Of a stretch of 64,000 nucleotides of DNA, positions 10,231 to 22,436 are shown one piece after another (the stretch's first letter is position 1; every line of letters begins with the position of its first letter). Made by a program: the position numbers and the translations under genes. The notes beneath the pieces were generated by a model. The model did no database searches. It had not been told where the DNA came from and saw only the letters and a program-made list of their open reading frames with translations. Origin of the DNA: Nitrospirota bacterium (GTDB lineage: Bacteria; Nitrospirota; UBA9217); assembly GCA_963796285.1 (NCBI GenBank), contig CAWCKW010000012.1, forward strand, positions 1,760,001-1,824,000, in the 5' to 3' direction.

Positions 10231-11865
10231 TCAAAAAATTCTCACCCTATCCCCCACTCTTATCCCCGAGCCTGCCGCGGTCTCGATCACCCAGGCAGCA
10301 CGCTCAAAAGTAAAATAAAGATCCAGACTCCCCGGCTTGCAATTCGGATAAATCCGGACGACCTTGTTATCGGAATTGATAAATACAATATCGATCGGGT
10401 ATGCAACGCTTCCCATCCAGAACGTGGCGGCCTCGGGCGTCTCGAACTGAAAAAGTGCGGCCTCGTTGGCCCGCAACTGACGAAAACCCTGCAACCCTTT
10501 GGACCTGGTCTCCTCAGTATCGCAGGTCAGCACGATGTCGAACGCGCGTGAAGCAGCATGGGTATCTAGCGGCAAAACAATCGCCGTTAACTCTTTTCCC
10601 GACCTCTCCGTTGCAACGGCTTCAGCGCCGTTTGCCAGTTTGACTTCAAGTGCGAGCACGAGGATGCCGATCCCTATCGTCATGGCCGTGATCAGCGCTC
10701 CGACGCGGAGATACTCCATAAACCCGATCTCCACCCGTTTTCTGGCCTGCTGCACCACGATCAGGTTGGCAACGGAGCCGATGAGCGTCAGGTTCCCTGC
10801 CAGGGTACTGCTCATGGCGAGTGTAAGCCATACGGCCTGTCCGCTGCCGAGCGTTTGGACAAGGGGTTTAAGCAGCATCACGGCGGGCACGTTGCTCACG
10901 AGATTCGAGAGCATGATGGACACCGCGGACAACCCCGCGATCCTGCCCAGAGGCGAGAGCGCCGTCAGATCGCCTGCCTGTTCGATCATTGCCGCGGCCA
11001 GACCCGAGACCTCCACCCCGTGCATCACGACGAACAATCCGGAAAAGAACAGAAGAAGCGTCCAGTCCACGCCTTCGAGGACCCGCTCCGTGCTCACTTC
11101 TCCGATCAGCAGGAGCGCTACTGCGCCGGCTGCTGCAACGAGCGAATAGGGATATCCCAGCGAGAAGGAAACGAGGACCGCGCCACAGACCAGGAGCGCC
11201 TTCACGAGCAGCGGCTTGTTCACGCGATACTCCGGCATCCGGGGCCGGGATGGAAATGCGCCGGCCTTCATTTCTTTCCTGTACACAAGCCAGATGACCG
11301 CGACGCTCACCGCCAGTCCTGCTATGGCGATCGGGAAGAGCGCCCCCAGGAAAGACAGGTAAGGTATTTTCGAAGATATTCCGATGAGCATATTCTGCGG
11401 ATTGCCGGTCACGGTCATGACACTGCCAATGTTCGACGATGTGGCGAGCGCGAGGAGATAGGGCAGGGGATTCACTCCCAGCTGGATGGTCACCTCCAGG
11501 ATGATCGGCGTGTACAGCAGGCAGATCGTATCGTTCACAAACAGGGCGGACAGCAGGCCTGACGATATCACCACCAGGATGAGGAGCTGGAGCGGTGTTT
11601 TCGAAAACGAGAGCATCTTGTCCGCCATAAGTTCGAAGAACCCCGCAGTCCGGAGATAGACCGTGATGATCATCATCCCGAGGAGCAGCAGGAGGGTATG
11701 CATGTCGATGGCGCTAAAGGCCTGGTCCAGGGTGAGCACGCCGAGGACGACCATCAGCACCGCGCCCACGAGCGCGCCCGCGGGCCGGTCGATCTGCAGG
11801 CGAGGGATCTGGCGCAGGCCGATGAACAGGTAGGTGATTAAGAAAATGATGAGTGCCGTGACCAT
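10231..11865 (-). CDS. ArsB/NhaD (CitMHS-like) ion transporter fused to C-terminal DUF192-like domain
   Basis: LSALFVND, SNIGS..T..GNPQN, SNLVSNVPA, GNLTLIGSVAN; the tail RSKGLQG...FWMGSVAYPIDIVFI...VIETAAG..IRVGDRV is DUF192-like. Confidence 0.82.
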   Translation of the reverse strand: MVTALIIFLITYLFIGLRQIPRLQIDRPAGALVGAVLMVVLGVLTLDQAFSAIDMHTLLLLLGMMIITVYLRTAGFFELMADKMLSFSKTPLQLLILVVISSGLLSALFVNDTICLLYTPIILEVTIQLGVNPLPYLLALATSSNIGSVMTVTGNPQNMLIGISSKIPYLSFLGALFPIAIAGLAVSVAVIWLVYRKEMKAGAFPSRPRMPEYRVNKPLLVKALLVCGAVLVSFSLGYPYSLVAAAGAVALLLIGEVSTERVLEGVDWTLLLFFSGLFVVMHGVEVSGLAAAMIEQAGDLTALSPLGRIAGLSAVSIMLSNLVSNVPAVMLLKPLVQTLGSGQAVWLTLAMSSTLAGNLTLIGSVANLIVVQQARKRVEIGFMEYLRVGALITAMTIGIGILVLALEVKLANGAEAVATERSGKELTAIVLPLDTHAASRAFDIVLTCDTEETRSKGLQGFRQLRANEAALFQFETPEAATFWMGSVAYPIDIVFINSDNKVVRIYPNCKPGSLDLYFTFERAAWVIETAAGSGIRVGDRVRIF

Positions 11866-11948
11866 GGATCGCAGCTTACCTTTGATATGGTGTTGTTCGT
11901 TGAGAAGCTTTAGTGGGCACTGGATTCACTCTACCGGCGGCGTTCCGT

Positions 11949-13319
11949 TTATCCCACGACATCAAGCTCGCGAACGCGGAACCGGGCGCCAAGTTCATCA
12001 ACGATCTTTCGGCAGGCCTCGACATCCACACCCGGCGCCGATACGATGGTAGCGGTTACCTCAGGGATATACTTCGTGGCCTCGCGGATAAACTCCTTGA
12101 CCGCCTCATACGCGGGGGCGCCGAACTGCGGCTGGGAAAGCTTCTCATAGACCTCGGCGTTCTGGGCATTCAGGCTCACGCTCACGGCGTCCACAAGCCC
12201 GGCCAATTCCGGCAGCACGTTCCGCTTATGGATCAGGTTCGCATGGCCATTCGTGTCGACGCGCACCTTGCCTCCCCGTCGTTTCACCTCGGCAGCCACC
12301 GCCTTGATCACATCCAGCCGGAGCAGCGGCTCACCGTATCCGCAGAACACGATCTCGTCATATCGCTTCGGGTCCCCGATTTCCTTGATGAGCTCCGCAG
12401 CTGTCGGCTCTTCTCGCAGACGAAGGTTGTGCCCCTTCACAAAATCGGTGTGATAGCGGACGCAAAACGTGCAGGCAGAGGTGCACCGGTTCGTGATGTT
12501 CAGGTAGAGCGAGTTCCGTATGGGATAGGTGATCTGGCCGCGTTCGGGTATCGTACCCATGCCGAAGAGCTGCATGGCGTTAAAGCTCGTGATCCTGCCA
12601 ACATCGTCCAGCGTCAGTCCCTTGATCTTTGCAATGGCCTCGGCCGTATGGCGCACGAAGGCGGGCTCGTTCCTTTTGCCGCGCATCGGGACGGGTGAAA
12701 GATACGGGGCGTCCGTTTCGACCAGCAGGTGCTCGATCGGGACCTGGCGCACGACCTCTCGCAGGGCTTCTGCCTTGGGGAACGTGACCGGCCCCGCAAT
12801 GGAGATGAGGAACCCCTTCTCGATCAACGTTCTCGCCATCTCCATGTCGCCGGAGAAGCAGTGCATGACGCCGCCGAGTCCGGGCGACCACTCTTCAGAC
12901 AGGATCTGGAGCATGTCCTCATGAGCGTCGCGGTCATGAACGATGATCGGGAGCTTGAGCTCGCGCGCCTCGTGCAGCATGTCTCGGAATTTTCTTTTCT
13001 GGTCCGTGCGGGGTGAATGCTCGTAGTGATAATCGAGCCCGATCTCGCCGTAGGCCACGACCTTCTTGTGCTGCGCGAAGTGCCTGAGGATGTCGTAGGC
13101 GGGATGAAGGATGTCCTTCACTTCGTGGGGGTGGATGCCGATGGCGGCATAGATGAAATCATGCTTATCCGCGAGCATCACCGCGTCGCGGCATGACTCG
13201 ATGGTCGTGCCGATGGTGATGATATGTTCAACGCCCGCTTCGCGCGCGCGTTTGATCACGTCTTCGCGGTCGTCATTGAACTCGCGCATCTCTAAGTGCG
13301 CGTGGGTGTCGATCAACAT
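11949..13319 (-). CDS. TatD hydrolase fused to TatD-associated radical SAM domain
   Basis: IDTHAH, GEIGLDY, HCFSG, ETDAPYL, followed by YLNITNRCTSACTFC (CxxxCxxC) and VFCGYGEP. Confidence 0.9.
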   Translation of the reverse strand: MLIDTHAHLEMREFNDDREDVIKRAREAGVEHIITIGTTIESCRDAVMLADKHDFIYAAIGIHPHEVKDILHPAYDILRHFAQHKKVVAYGEIGLDYHYEHSPRTDQKRKFRDMLHEARELKLPIIVHDRDAHEDMLQILSEEWSPGLGGVMHCFSGDMEMARTLIEKGFLISIAGPVTFPKAEALREVVRQVPIEHLLVETDAPYLSPVPMRGKRNEPAFVRHTAEAIAKIKGLTLDDVGRITSFNAMQLFGMGTIPERGQITYPIRNSLYLNITNRCTSACTFCVRYHTDFVKGHNLRLREEPTAAELIKEIGDPKRYDEIVFCGYGEPLLRLDVIKAVAAEVKRRGGKVRVDTNGHANLIHKRNVLPELAGLVDAVSVSLNAQNAEVYEKLSQPQFGAPAYEAVKEFIREATKYIPEVTATIVSAPGVDVEACRKIVDELGARFRVRELDVVG

Positions 13320-13338
13320 GTCTGCAACTCACAACACG

Positions 13339-13367
13339 GTAAGGGCGGGTTTAAAATCCGTTCCTAC
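13339..13367. repeat. Degenerate GTAG-type REP-like palindrome
   Basis: gtaagggcgggtttaaaatccgttcctac: GTA..CTAC ends around a GC-rich imperfect palindrome. Confidence 0.5.
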
Positions 13368-13389
13368 ACACTTTCTTTCTTGATTTTCA

Positions 13390-13420
13390 TTCCGTATTCC
13401 GCACTCCGAAATCCGCAATC
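13390..13420. repeat. 7-nt periodic arm (TCCGCAA-like)
   Basis: ttccgtattccgcactccgaaatccgcaatc; same unit as 59448-59541. Confidence 0.6.
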
Positions 13421-13423
13421 GGT

Positions 13424-15398
<1,975 letters not shown>

Positions 15399-15633
15399 GG
15401 TCTCGCTGTGCTCTTATTTTTCTTCCTACTCCCTGCTTCTAACTTCATAATCCGGACAAGCCGGAACCGGACAAATCATTTTCACGCATGACCGCAACTG
15501 GCCCAAAGGAAAGACTGTAAGTCTTGAATTAAAAGATTATCCTTTGTTTTTACCGATCTTTGCGGTCTTTGTTAATGGCCGCGCTTTCGCAGAGCAGGCT
15601 ACGGCTTTGCCGATATAAAGTTTTTCTCCCGCC

Positions 15634-16875
15634 TCAAGCGCTCCCCGGACCCTGTGGTTTGTTCTCGCCCTGCGACGGTCCCTTCTTTTTTCTGCGCCAG
15701 AACTTACGTTTTTTCTTCCTTGCGGACACTTCCCCATCCTGCTGCTCCGCTTTCTTTTCCTGTTCCGTGGGCTGCTGCTTTTCGGACTTCGGTTGCTGAG
15801 GCTCTCTGGGCTGCTCCGGCCTTGGCTGTTGTTTTTCGGATTTAGGCTGCTGACGTTCTCTTGGCTGCTCCGGCCTTGGCTGCTGCGCTTTCTTCTCCTG
15901 CTGCTGGTCTTTCTTCTTCTCGGGTCTGCCACCGCCCTTCTGGCCGCCTGCGCTCTGCTTGTCGCGCCGCTGGTCCTGCTGCTTGCGGTCCTCCTGGCGT
16001 CTTTTGTCCTCGGCAGCCCGGCTTTCGTCCGCCGCTTTCCGTTCCTCGGTGATCCGCAGCTCCTCTTCGGCCTTCTTGTCTTTCAACACGACCTCGCGCA
16101 TGGCCGCGAGGTCCTTCTTGTTCTCATCGTACATCTCGAACTCATAGGAAAGACAGCAGAGCAGCCTGCCGCACACCCCGGAGATCTTGGACGGATTCAA
16201 TACCATTTCCTGTTTTTTGGCCATCCTGATCGAGACCGGCTCGAAGTTCTTCAGAAACGACGAACAACAGAGCTCCCGGCCGCAGGGGCCGAACCCGCCG
16301 ATCATGCGCGCAACGTCCCGGACGCCCACCTGGCGCATCTCGATCCTGCTCTTGAGTTTGTGCGCCAGGTCCTTGACCAACTCCCGGAAGTCCACCCTGG
16401 TCTCGGAGAAAAAGAAAAAGGTGACGCGCGACGCATCGAAGGAATATTCCGCGCGGATCAGTCTCATCGGCAGTTCACGCTCGGCGATCATGGCCTGGGC
16501 AACGCTGAACGCCTCAGCCTCGCGCGCACGGTTTTTTTCATCTCGAGAAAGGTCATCTTCCGTGGCCTTGCGAAAGATCTTTCGAAGCCCTCGAGACGGC
16601 CTGGATGCCACAGGAGAAGAGGTTTCAGGCGGCGCAGTTTTTTCCTCGCCATCCATTGACATTTCTCCTTCCAACCCTGCCCGCGACGATGGGTCCACCG
16701 TGGGCGGCTCCTGCGACCTTCGCACGCGTACCACCTGAGCAACATCCAGGCCACGTTCGGAGTCGATGATCACCTTGTCACCCACGGCAACATCAATGTC
16801 CGTTGCATCGAAGTCGTACACCTTCCAATTAGCATGAAAACGTACACCGGCTATTTTTATCATAGTATCTGTCAT
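15634..16875 (-). CDS. ricT: PSP1/RicT (YaaT) family protein with Q/E/K-rich C-terminal extension
   Basis: RVDFRELVKDL, IEMRQVGVRD, GPCGRELCC, SKISGVCGRLLCCLSYE; follows holB. Confidence 0.85.
   Translation of the reverse strand: MTDTMIKIAGVRFHANWKVYDFDATDIDVAVGDKVIIDSERGLDVAQVVRVRRSQEPPTVDPSSRAGLEGEMSMDGEEKTAPPETSSPVASRPSRGLRKIFRKATEDDLSRDEKNRAREAEAFSVAQAMIAERELPMRLIRAEYSFDASRVTFFFFSETRVDFRELVKDLAHKLKSRIEMRQVGVRDVARMIGGFGPCGRELCCSSFLKNFEPVSIRMAKKQEMVLNPSKISGVCGRLLCCLSYEFEMYDENKKDLAAMREVVLKDKKAEEELRITEERKAADESRAAEDKRRQEDRKQQDQRRDKQSAGGQKGGGRPEKKKDQQQEKKAQQPRPEQPRERQQPKSEKQQPRPEQPREPQQPKSEKQQPTEQEKKAEQQDGEVSARKKKRKFWRRKKKGPSQGENKPQGPGSA
15770..15886 (-). repeat. In-frame 54-bp tandem repeat (2+ copies, QQPRPEQPRExQQPKSEK)
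   Basis: Units begin at 15770, 15824 and 15878 on the + strand. Confidence 0.85.
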
Positions 16876-16926
16876 CTGTTTTCTCTGTCCTGCCTTCTGT
16901 CTTCTGGCTTCTGACTTCTTATGTTC

Positions 16927-17908
16927 TCATCCTCTCCCGCACTTCAGAAGCAGGTTCTCCGCCACGAGCTGGGTGCTCACCCTCCGGTCCAGCAGGTTCC
17001 GGCTCATTAGGAAAAGGTCCATGTCCGCGAGAAGCCGTGGGAAGCGAATACCCGTCGGCCAACTCACGGTAGTGCTGCCGAGCGCGTGCATGAACGAGCA
17101 GGCGCTCTTCCCCGGTCTCACGATATACCAGCGCGTCACGGAGCCATTCGACGCCGATCTCGATCAGGCGTTCTAGCCGCTCGCGGTCCTTAGCAAGCGT
17201 ATCCGCAAGCGCAAGCGCCGCGCCGGGACCCATATGTGCCAGCCCGGACCAGAGCGTCGCAACCTCCTCCCGGGCAGCCTTTTCCTGTTCAAGGTCCATC
17301 TCAAGACCGCGGCCCATGCTTCCCTGCGCAAGCGCCGCGATAAACCATGCGTCTTCCTCCGGCAGTCCACGCTGGTGCATGAGTGCCCGGGCAAGCACGT
17401 TGCGAGGAAGCGGATGGAACATGATCTCCTGGCACCGCGAGCGGATGGTAGCAAGAAGGCTCTGCGGCATCGCGGTTATCAGAATGATCAGAGCATCGCC
17501 GGGCGGTTCCTCCAGTGTTTTCAGGAACGCGTTCGACGAAGCAGCGTTCATGCTCTCTGCATTGTCGACGATCAGGACCTTTTTCGTTCCCTCGAACGGC
17601 TTGAGCGCGAGATCAGACTGCACCTGCCTGATCTGGTCGATCTTTATCTCATCGCCGTCCGGGACCAGGACACGAACATCCGGATGGCCGAGCGTGTCAA
17701 CCTTGCGGCACGATGGGCACTCGCCGCACCCGCCCTCCGGTCGCGCATCCAGGCAGTTCACCGCGGCGGCAAGGGCAAAGGCTGTCTTCTTTTTGCCGAT
17801 CCCTGCCTGGCCCGAGAACAGGTAGGCATGGGCAAGGGTATTGTTCGCTATCGCCCTTTGCAATATTCGAATGGACTTTTCGTGGCCTTCTATCGTCGAA
17901 AACTTCAT
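16927..17908 (-). CDS. holB: DNA polymerase III delta' subunit, frameshift near 17040
   Basis: HAYLFSG..GIGK, CGECPSC, HPDV, IKIDQIR, NAFLKTLEEPP, TIRSRC; true C-terminus (..LVAENLLL) is in ORF 16927..17139. Confidence 0.92.
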
Positions 17909-18147
17909 AATTGATAAACTCAAGAGCGGTTACTATCATCCCTGGAACCACAAGGCAAGAATATTTCTGCAACAAAGACACCAAAACCCAGGAAAAGCAA
18001 AATACAGATGGCCCTACTTTTCGAGCAAGCGATACTGCTTCCCGCATGGATCTTAGCGCTTAAGTTCTAAGTGTGCCCCTCTTCTTGGCTATCGTGGCAA
18101 AGTTGGTTCCGGCTTGCCCGGACCGGCATTCCATCCATGCAACGTTC

Positions 18148-18795
18148 TTATTTTCCGCTTCGCAGCCTCTCGTCAACGATCTTCCTGACCTGTTCCTGAA
18201 CCGCCTCGGAGATCCCCGACGCGTCCACAATCCTGATGCGGTCCGGTTCCCGCGCGACCAGCTTCAAATATCCCTGCCTTACCCGATCGTGAAATACAAG
18301 CTCCTCGTTCTCGAACCGTGCCTCTGCTTCTAGTCCGAGGCTGTTATTCCTCCCTCGCGCGCGCGCAATCCCCATGCCGGCTTCGATATCAAACAGAATG
18401 GTCAGGTCGGGGCGCATCCCCGTGGTGACGATCCGGTCGAGGGAGCGTATCATCTCAATATCCAACCCCCTCCCGTACCCCTGGTAGGCGAGCGTGGCGT
18501 CCGAGAACCGGTCGCACAGGACTATCATGCCGTTTGCAAGCGCAGGCAGGATGATCTCACGCAGGTGCTGGGCCCTGCTCGCGGCGTACAGGAGGAGTTC
18601 CGCTGTGGGATCAAGCGACCGGTTCGCCGGGTCCAGCAGGATCTTCCTTACCTGGTCGCCGATCAACGTCCCTCCCGGCTCCCGGGTAAGCACGTTTCGT
18701 ATTCCTCTGGCAGAAAGATAGTTTGCGAGCAGCGCTATCTGGGTGGACTTGCCGGAACCTTCGATGCCCTCGAAGGTAATGAACGTTCCCGTCAT
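18148..18795 (-). CDS. tmk: Thymidylate kinase
   Basis: FITFEGIEGSGKST, TREPGG, CDRFSDATLAYQG. Confidence 0.97.
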   Translation of the reverse strand: MTGTFITFEGIEGSGKSTQIALLANYLSARGIRNVLTREPGGTLIGDQVRKILLDPANRSLDPTAELLLYAASRAQHLREIILPALANGMIVLCDRFSDATLAYQGYGRGLDIEMIRSLDRIVTTGMRPDLTILFDIEAGMGIARARGRNNSLGLEAEARFENEELVFHDRVRQGYLKLVAREPDRIRIVDASGISEAVQEQVRKIVDERLRSGK

Positions 18796-20695
18796 CTATT
18801 TAAGCTCCATGACGGTATCACCCTCTGCGCTGAGCGAAGGGTTGGAGGTGAACAGGATGACCTGGGTCTTCGCACCAAGACCACGAAGGACCTGGCATGC
18901 GGCCTTCTGCCTCGCCGGATCCAAGTCCGCGAGGGGGTCGTCCAATATGAACGGAAGACGTCGTTTTCCGGCAAGCGCCTCGACAAGACCGGTCCTGAGA
19001 CAAAAGTATATCAAGCTTTTGGTACCGTGGCTCAGTCCCGAATAGTCCATTGCCGAGTCGTCTTTGGCATGCACGACGGGCCCGCCTTCATGGCCGGCCT
19101 CGATCCTAATATACTTGCCCGCGGTAATTGCAGCAAGGTTCCTCTGGGCCGCCGCCTCAACCGCCGGGATCAGCGTCTCCATCTCGATCCCTCCGATCCT
19201 GCTCGCGATGCCGATCTCTTCGAGAAACCCACCCCTGCCGCCCGCAATTGAGTCCGGGGAAAAAGCCGGCAGTTCTTGCGGCTCGGCGCCAAAATCCCAC
19301 GACACCCCGGCTGACGCAGCGGATGCCTCGGAGTCCAGCCGTTCGATATCCTGCCGGATACTGTACGTATCTATGTTATTCTGGGCGACCGCCAGCGCGG
19401 CTTTTTCCAGTTCCGCTGCCTCCAGCTGGCGTTGCTCATGCTGCTGCTGCAGATTTTCCAGGGTCAGATCTCCAAGGCTCCGCTGTCGTTGCTCTCCAAG
19501 ATCAGCCCCAAGGGAGAAAAAATAGCGGTAATTCTCGGCCTTTTCTTTGAGCTCGGCCGGTGACGAGGCGCGTGTCGAGCGAAGTGCGGCCGTTATGGTC
19601 GCCCCTTCCTGCTGAAAACGTTTTTCAAGTTCAGCAAGCGCTTTCTTCAGGTCTTCCTCTTCCCGTAACAAGTTTTTGCGCCGCACGTTCTTCCGGGAAT
19701 CGTTGTACCACGCTACGGCCATCAGTATAAGTGAAAGGAGGACGCCGAGGGGAAAGAGGAGTTTCAGGTCCTCCGTGAGCACGAACACACCGGCCAGGAT
19801 CGAGATGACTCCCACCGCCACTCCGGCGATGAACAACTTTTCGGCAAAAAATTCCCGGGTCGGTATCGCCGCACGCTGACTCTTGACCCCTTCAATCTGC
19901 TTGTTGAGTTCTTCGGCATCGACCAGCTTCTGGCCCTGACGCCGCTCATAGTCGTCAATAAGCCCCGCAAGGTCCTCGGGCAGTCCCTCGTATCCCTTGA
20001 GCGACGGCAAGCGTTGACCCTATCTCGGCCTTCTTCCTCTCGATCTCTTCAAGGGAGCCAATTTTTTTCTCGATCTCTTCCAGCGCGAGTTTGGCTGACT
20101 GGTACTTGTAATCGGCATCCGCGGCCTCTTCCGCTTTGCGAAGGGTCTCATGGAGTTCGGCAAGGCGCTCCCTGTCTGCGGAGGACTTCACCCCCGCAGG
20201 CGGACCAAGCAAACTCGGCGCCGGCTGCGGCGCTGCGGCCGAAGCGAGTGATCCCGTTCGGGCCGCATGATGCTCCCGCTGGAATATAAAAATTCTGGCA
20301 AAATCGTCCTCGGACATACCGGCGGTCATTCCGGCCATAAACTGCGCCGCGCTGTCCCAGTCCTTGTGAAGAAGGTCGAAGTCCCTGCTCGTCGCGTTGT
20401 ATTTGGAAAGGTTCACAGCGCGTTTTGAGAAATCCTGGATAATGCGGTAGTAGGTCCCTTCATCGGAACTTATCACAAGTGCCGCACGCGAGGCATCGGG
20501 CGCCTGTTTTGATATCAGCGTTGCGAGAAGTACTGTCTGGTTGCTTGGAAAAAGCAGACGCTGCAGGGAGTCTGCCGCCGTGGTCTTGCCCGCTTCATTG
20601 CCCGCAACGACGAAATTCAACCCGCCCTTGAATCGCAGGCGGGCAAGTTCCCGAATCCCACGTACACCCTGAAGAACAAGCTCCACCAGGAACAT
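18796..20695 (-). CDS. YhaN/Rad50-like coiled-coil ABC-type ATPase with two membrane segments, frameshift near 20010
   Basis: N-terminal Walker A GNEAGKTT; C-terminal LSHGTK signature, ILDDPLADLD Walker B and QVILFT; hydrophobic hairpin within the coiled coil. Confidence 0.72.
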
Positions 20696-20771
20696 AAATA
20701 AGGCCCCTTTCCTCAATTAATTTGGTACTATAACGCAAGTGGCTAAAGTTGCAACAGGGAAAACTTCTCCG

Positions 20772-22298
20772 TCACAGCATCTCCAGCGCCTTCTTGAGCG
20801 CTTCGGCCTTCTGGAGGGTCTCGAAATATTCCTGCTCGGGAACGGAATCCGCAACGATCCCGGCCCCGACCTGAATGTGTGCCATACCGTCCTTTACCAC
20901 GAACGTCCTGATGATGATGTTCAGGTCCATGTCGCCGGCGTTCGACAGGTATCCGATGGAACCGGTATAAGGTCCGCGCGCCACGGGTTCAAGTTCATCG
21001 ATGATCTCCATGCACCGAACCTTGGGCACGCCGGTGATCGTCCCTCCCGGGAAAACGGCACGCACCAGGTCGAAGGCGTCCCGCCCCGGCGCCAGCACCC
21101 CCCTGACATTCGAGACGATATGAATAACATGGGAGTAATCCTCCACCACCATCATTTCATCGACCTGGACCGTACCGTACTCGCACACCCTGCCGAGGTC
21201 GTTCCGCTCGAGATCGAGCAGCATGATGTGTTCCGCCCGCTCCTTTTCGTTCATCAGGAGCTCCGCGGAAAGCGCGCTCGTTTCCGCGCCATTCCTTCCC
21301 CTTCTGCGAGTACCCGCTATCGGCCTCGTATCGGCGATATTTCTGTGGAGGCGAACCAGACGCTCGGGGGAAGAACTCACGAGCTGCAGGTCGCCGAAAT
21401 CGAGGTACGCTGCAAAGGGCGACGGATTGATGGTCCGCAGGATCTTATATAAACGAAGCGGGTCCGCATTGTTCATCGATGTCGAGAGCCGCTGGGACAG
21501 GTTCGCCTGATAGATGTCCCCTGCCGCGATATATTCCTTGCATTTCACGACCATTGACTCGAACTCGTCTTTCGTCATATTCGGTGTGAGGCTGAAACGC
21601 TGTTGAGCGTTTTTTTCAGGGAACAGTACGTCGCTCGTGTTGTCCTTTGCCGCGAACTTCGAACCCAGGGCCAAAAGCCTTGCCGCGGCCTCATCATAGA
21701 GCCTGCCCCACTGGTCCGGTTCCGGTTTCCGGAAGCCCATCTCCTGCTCCCGGGCGCCCGGATTGACGATCACCCACGCCTTGTCCAGGATATGATCAAA
21801 GGCAATTACCATATCCACAAACACGAAATACGCCTCGGGAATGTCGATATCGACCGGCGCCCGGCGCGGTAGTTTCTCGATCTGGTGCGCAAAATCGTAG
21901 GAAAAGAACCCCACAGCCCCTCCGGTGAAAGGCGGCAGACCGTCGGTCCGCGTTGTCCGGTAATTGGCAAGAAGCTCACGCAGTTTCACAAGCGGCTTCC
22001 GGTTCATGGACGCGCGCCTGCCGTATTTGCCCAAAGGCGTAGACGGCAGGCTGAGTTCCACGACATCCCCGCGGGACTTGAAAATAAGGTAGGGGTCCGC
22101 CGTAACAAACGAATACCGCCCGATCCTGTCGTTCATCCGTGCGCTTTCGAGAAGCACAGGATAGCCTTCCCCTCTGAGCGCCTCAAGCGCCGCAAGCGGT
22201 GTGAGCCCCGGCAGGTCGAGCTCGGCGGAAAGAGGTAGTATCTTCCCGGATTGAAGGGCTTCGAGGAATTCGTTTTTTGAGGGCTTGATCGTATCCAT
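20772..22298 (-). CDS. Anthranilate synthase / aminodeoxychorismate synthase component I family
   Basis: LLES, GGAVGFFSYD, AGDIYQANLS, SSSPE, RPIAGT, KERAEH.ML.DLERNDLG, FPGGTITGVPK; TrpE vs PabB not resolved. Confidence 0.92.
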   Translation of the reverse strand: MDTIKPSKNEFLEALQSGKILPLSAELDLPGLTPLAALEALRGEGYPVLLESARMNDRIGRYSFVTADPYLIFKSRGDVVELSLPSTPLGKYGRRASMNRKPLVKLRELLANYRTTRTDGLPPFTGGAVGFFSYDFAHQIEKLPRRAPVDIDIPEAYFVFVDMVIAFDHILDKAWVIVNPGAREQEMGFRKPEPDQWGRLYDEAAARLLALGSKFAAKDNTSDVLFPEKNAQQRFSLTPNMTKDEFESMVVKCKEYIAAGDIYQANLSQRLSTSMNNADPLRLYKILRTINPSPFAAYLDFGDLQLVSSSPERLVRLHRNIADTRPIAGTRRRGRNGAETSALSAELLMNEKERAEHIMLLDLERNDLGRVCEYGTVQVDEMMVVEDYSHVIHIVSNVRGVLAPGRDAFDLVRAVFPGGTITGVPKVRCMEIIDELEPVARGPYTGSIGYLSNAGDMDLNIIIRTFVVKDGMAHIQVGAGIVADSVPEQEYFETLQKAEALKKALEML

Positions 22299-22382
22299 GG
22301 AAAGGTGGGGAAATTCTAAAGGCAATTCAGACGCGGGTCAAGATAATTCTCGAAAAAAAATTCCGCACAGTGGCGCAGAAAG

Positions 22383-22391
22383 TGGTATATT
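22383..22391 (+). promoter_or_regulatory. Extended -10 element (TGnTATATT)
   Basis: tggtatatt about 45 nt upstream of the structured RNA candidate; no good -35. Confidence 0.45.
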
Positions 22392-22436
22392 ATAAATGAA
22401 TAAAGAATCATTGGTCTTTCTAAAAAAGGTACATTG

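Noticed and set aside
15770-15886. Direct repeats as a CRISPR array
   Set aside because: Contiguous in-frame coding repeat without unique spacers; no cas genes or repeat-spacer arrays seen in the window.
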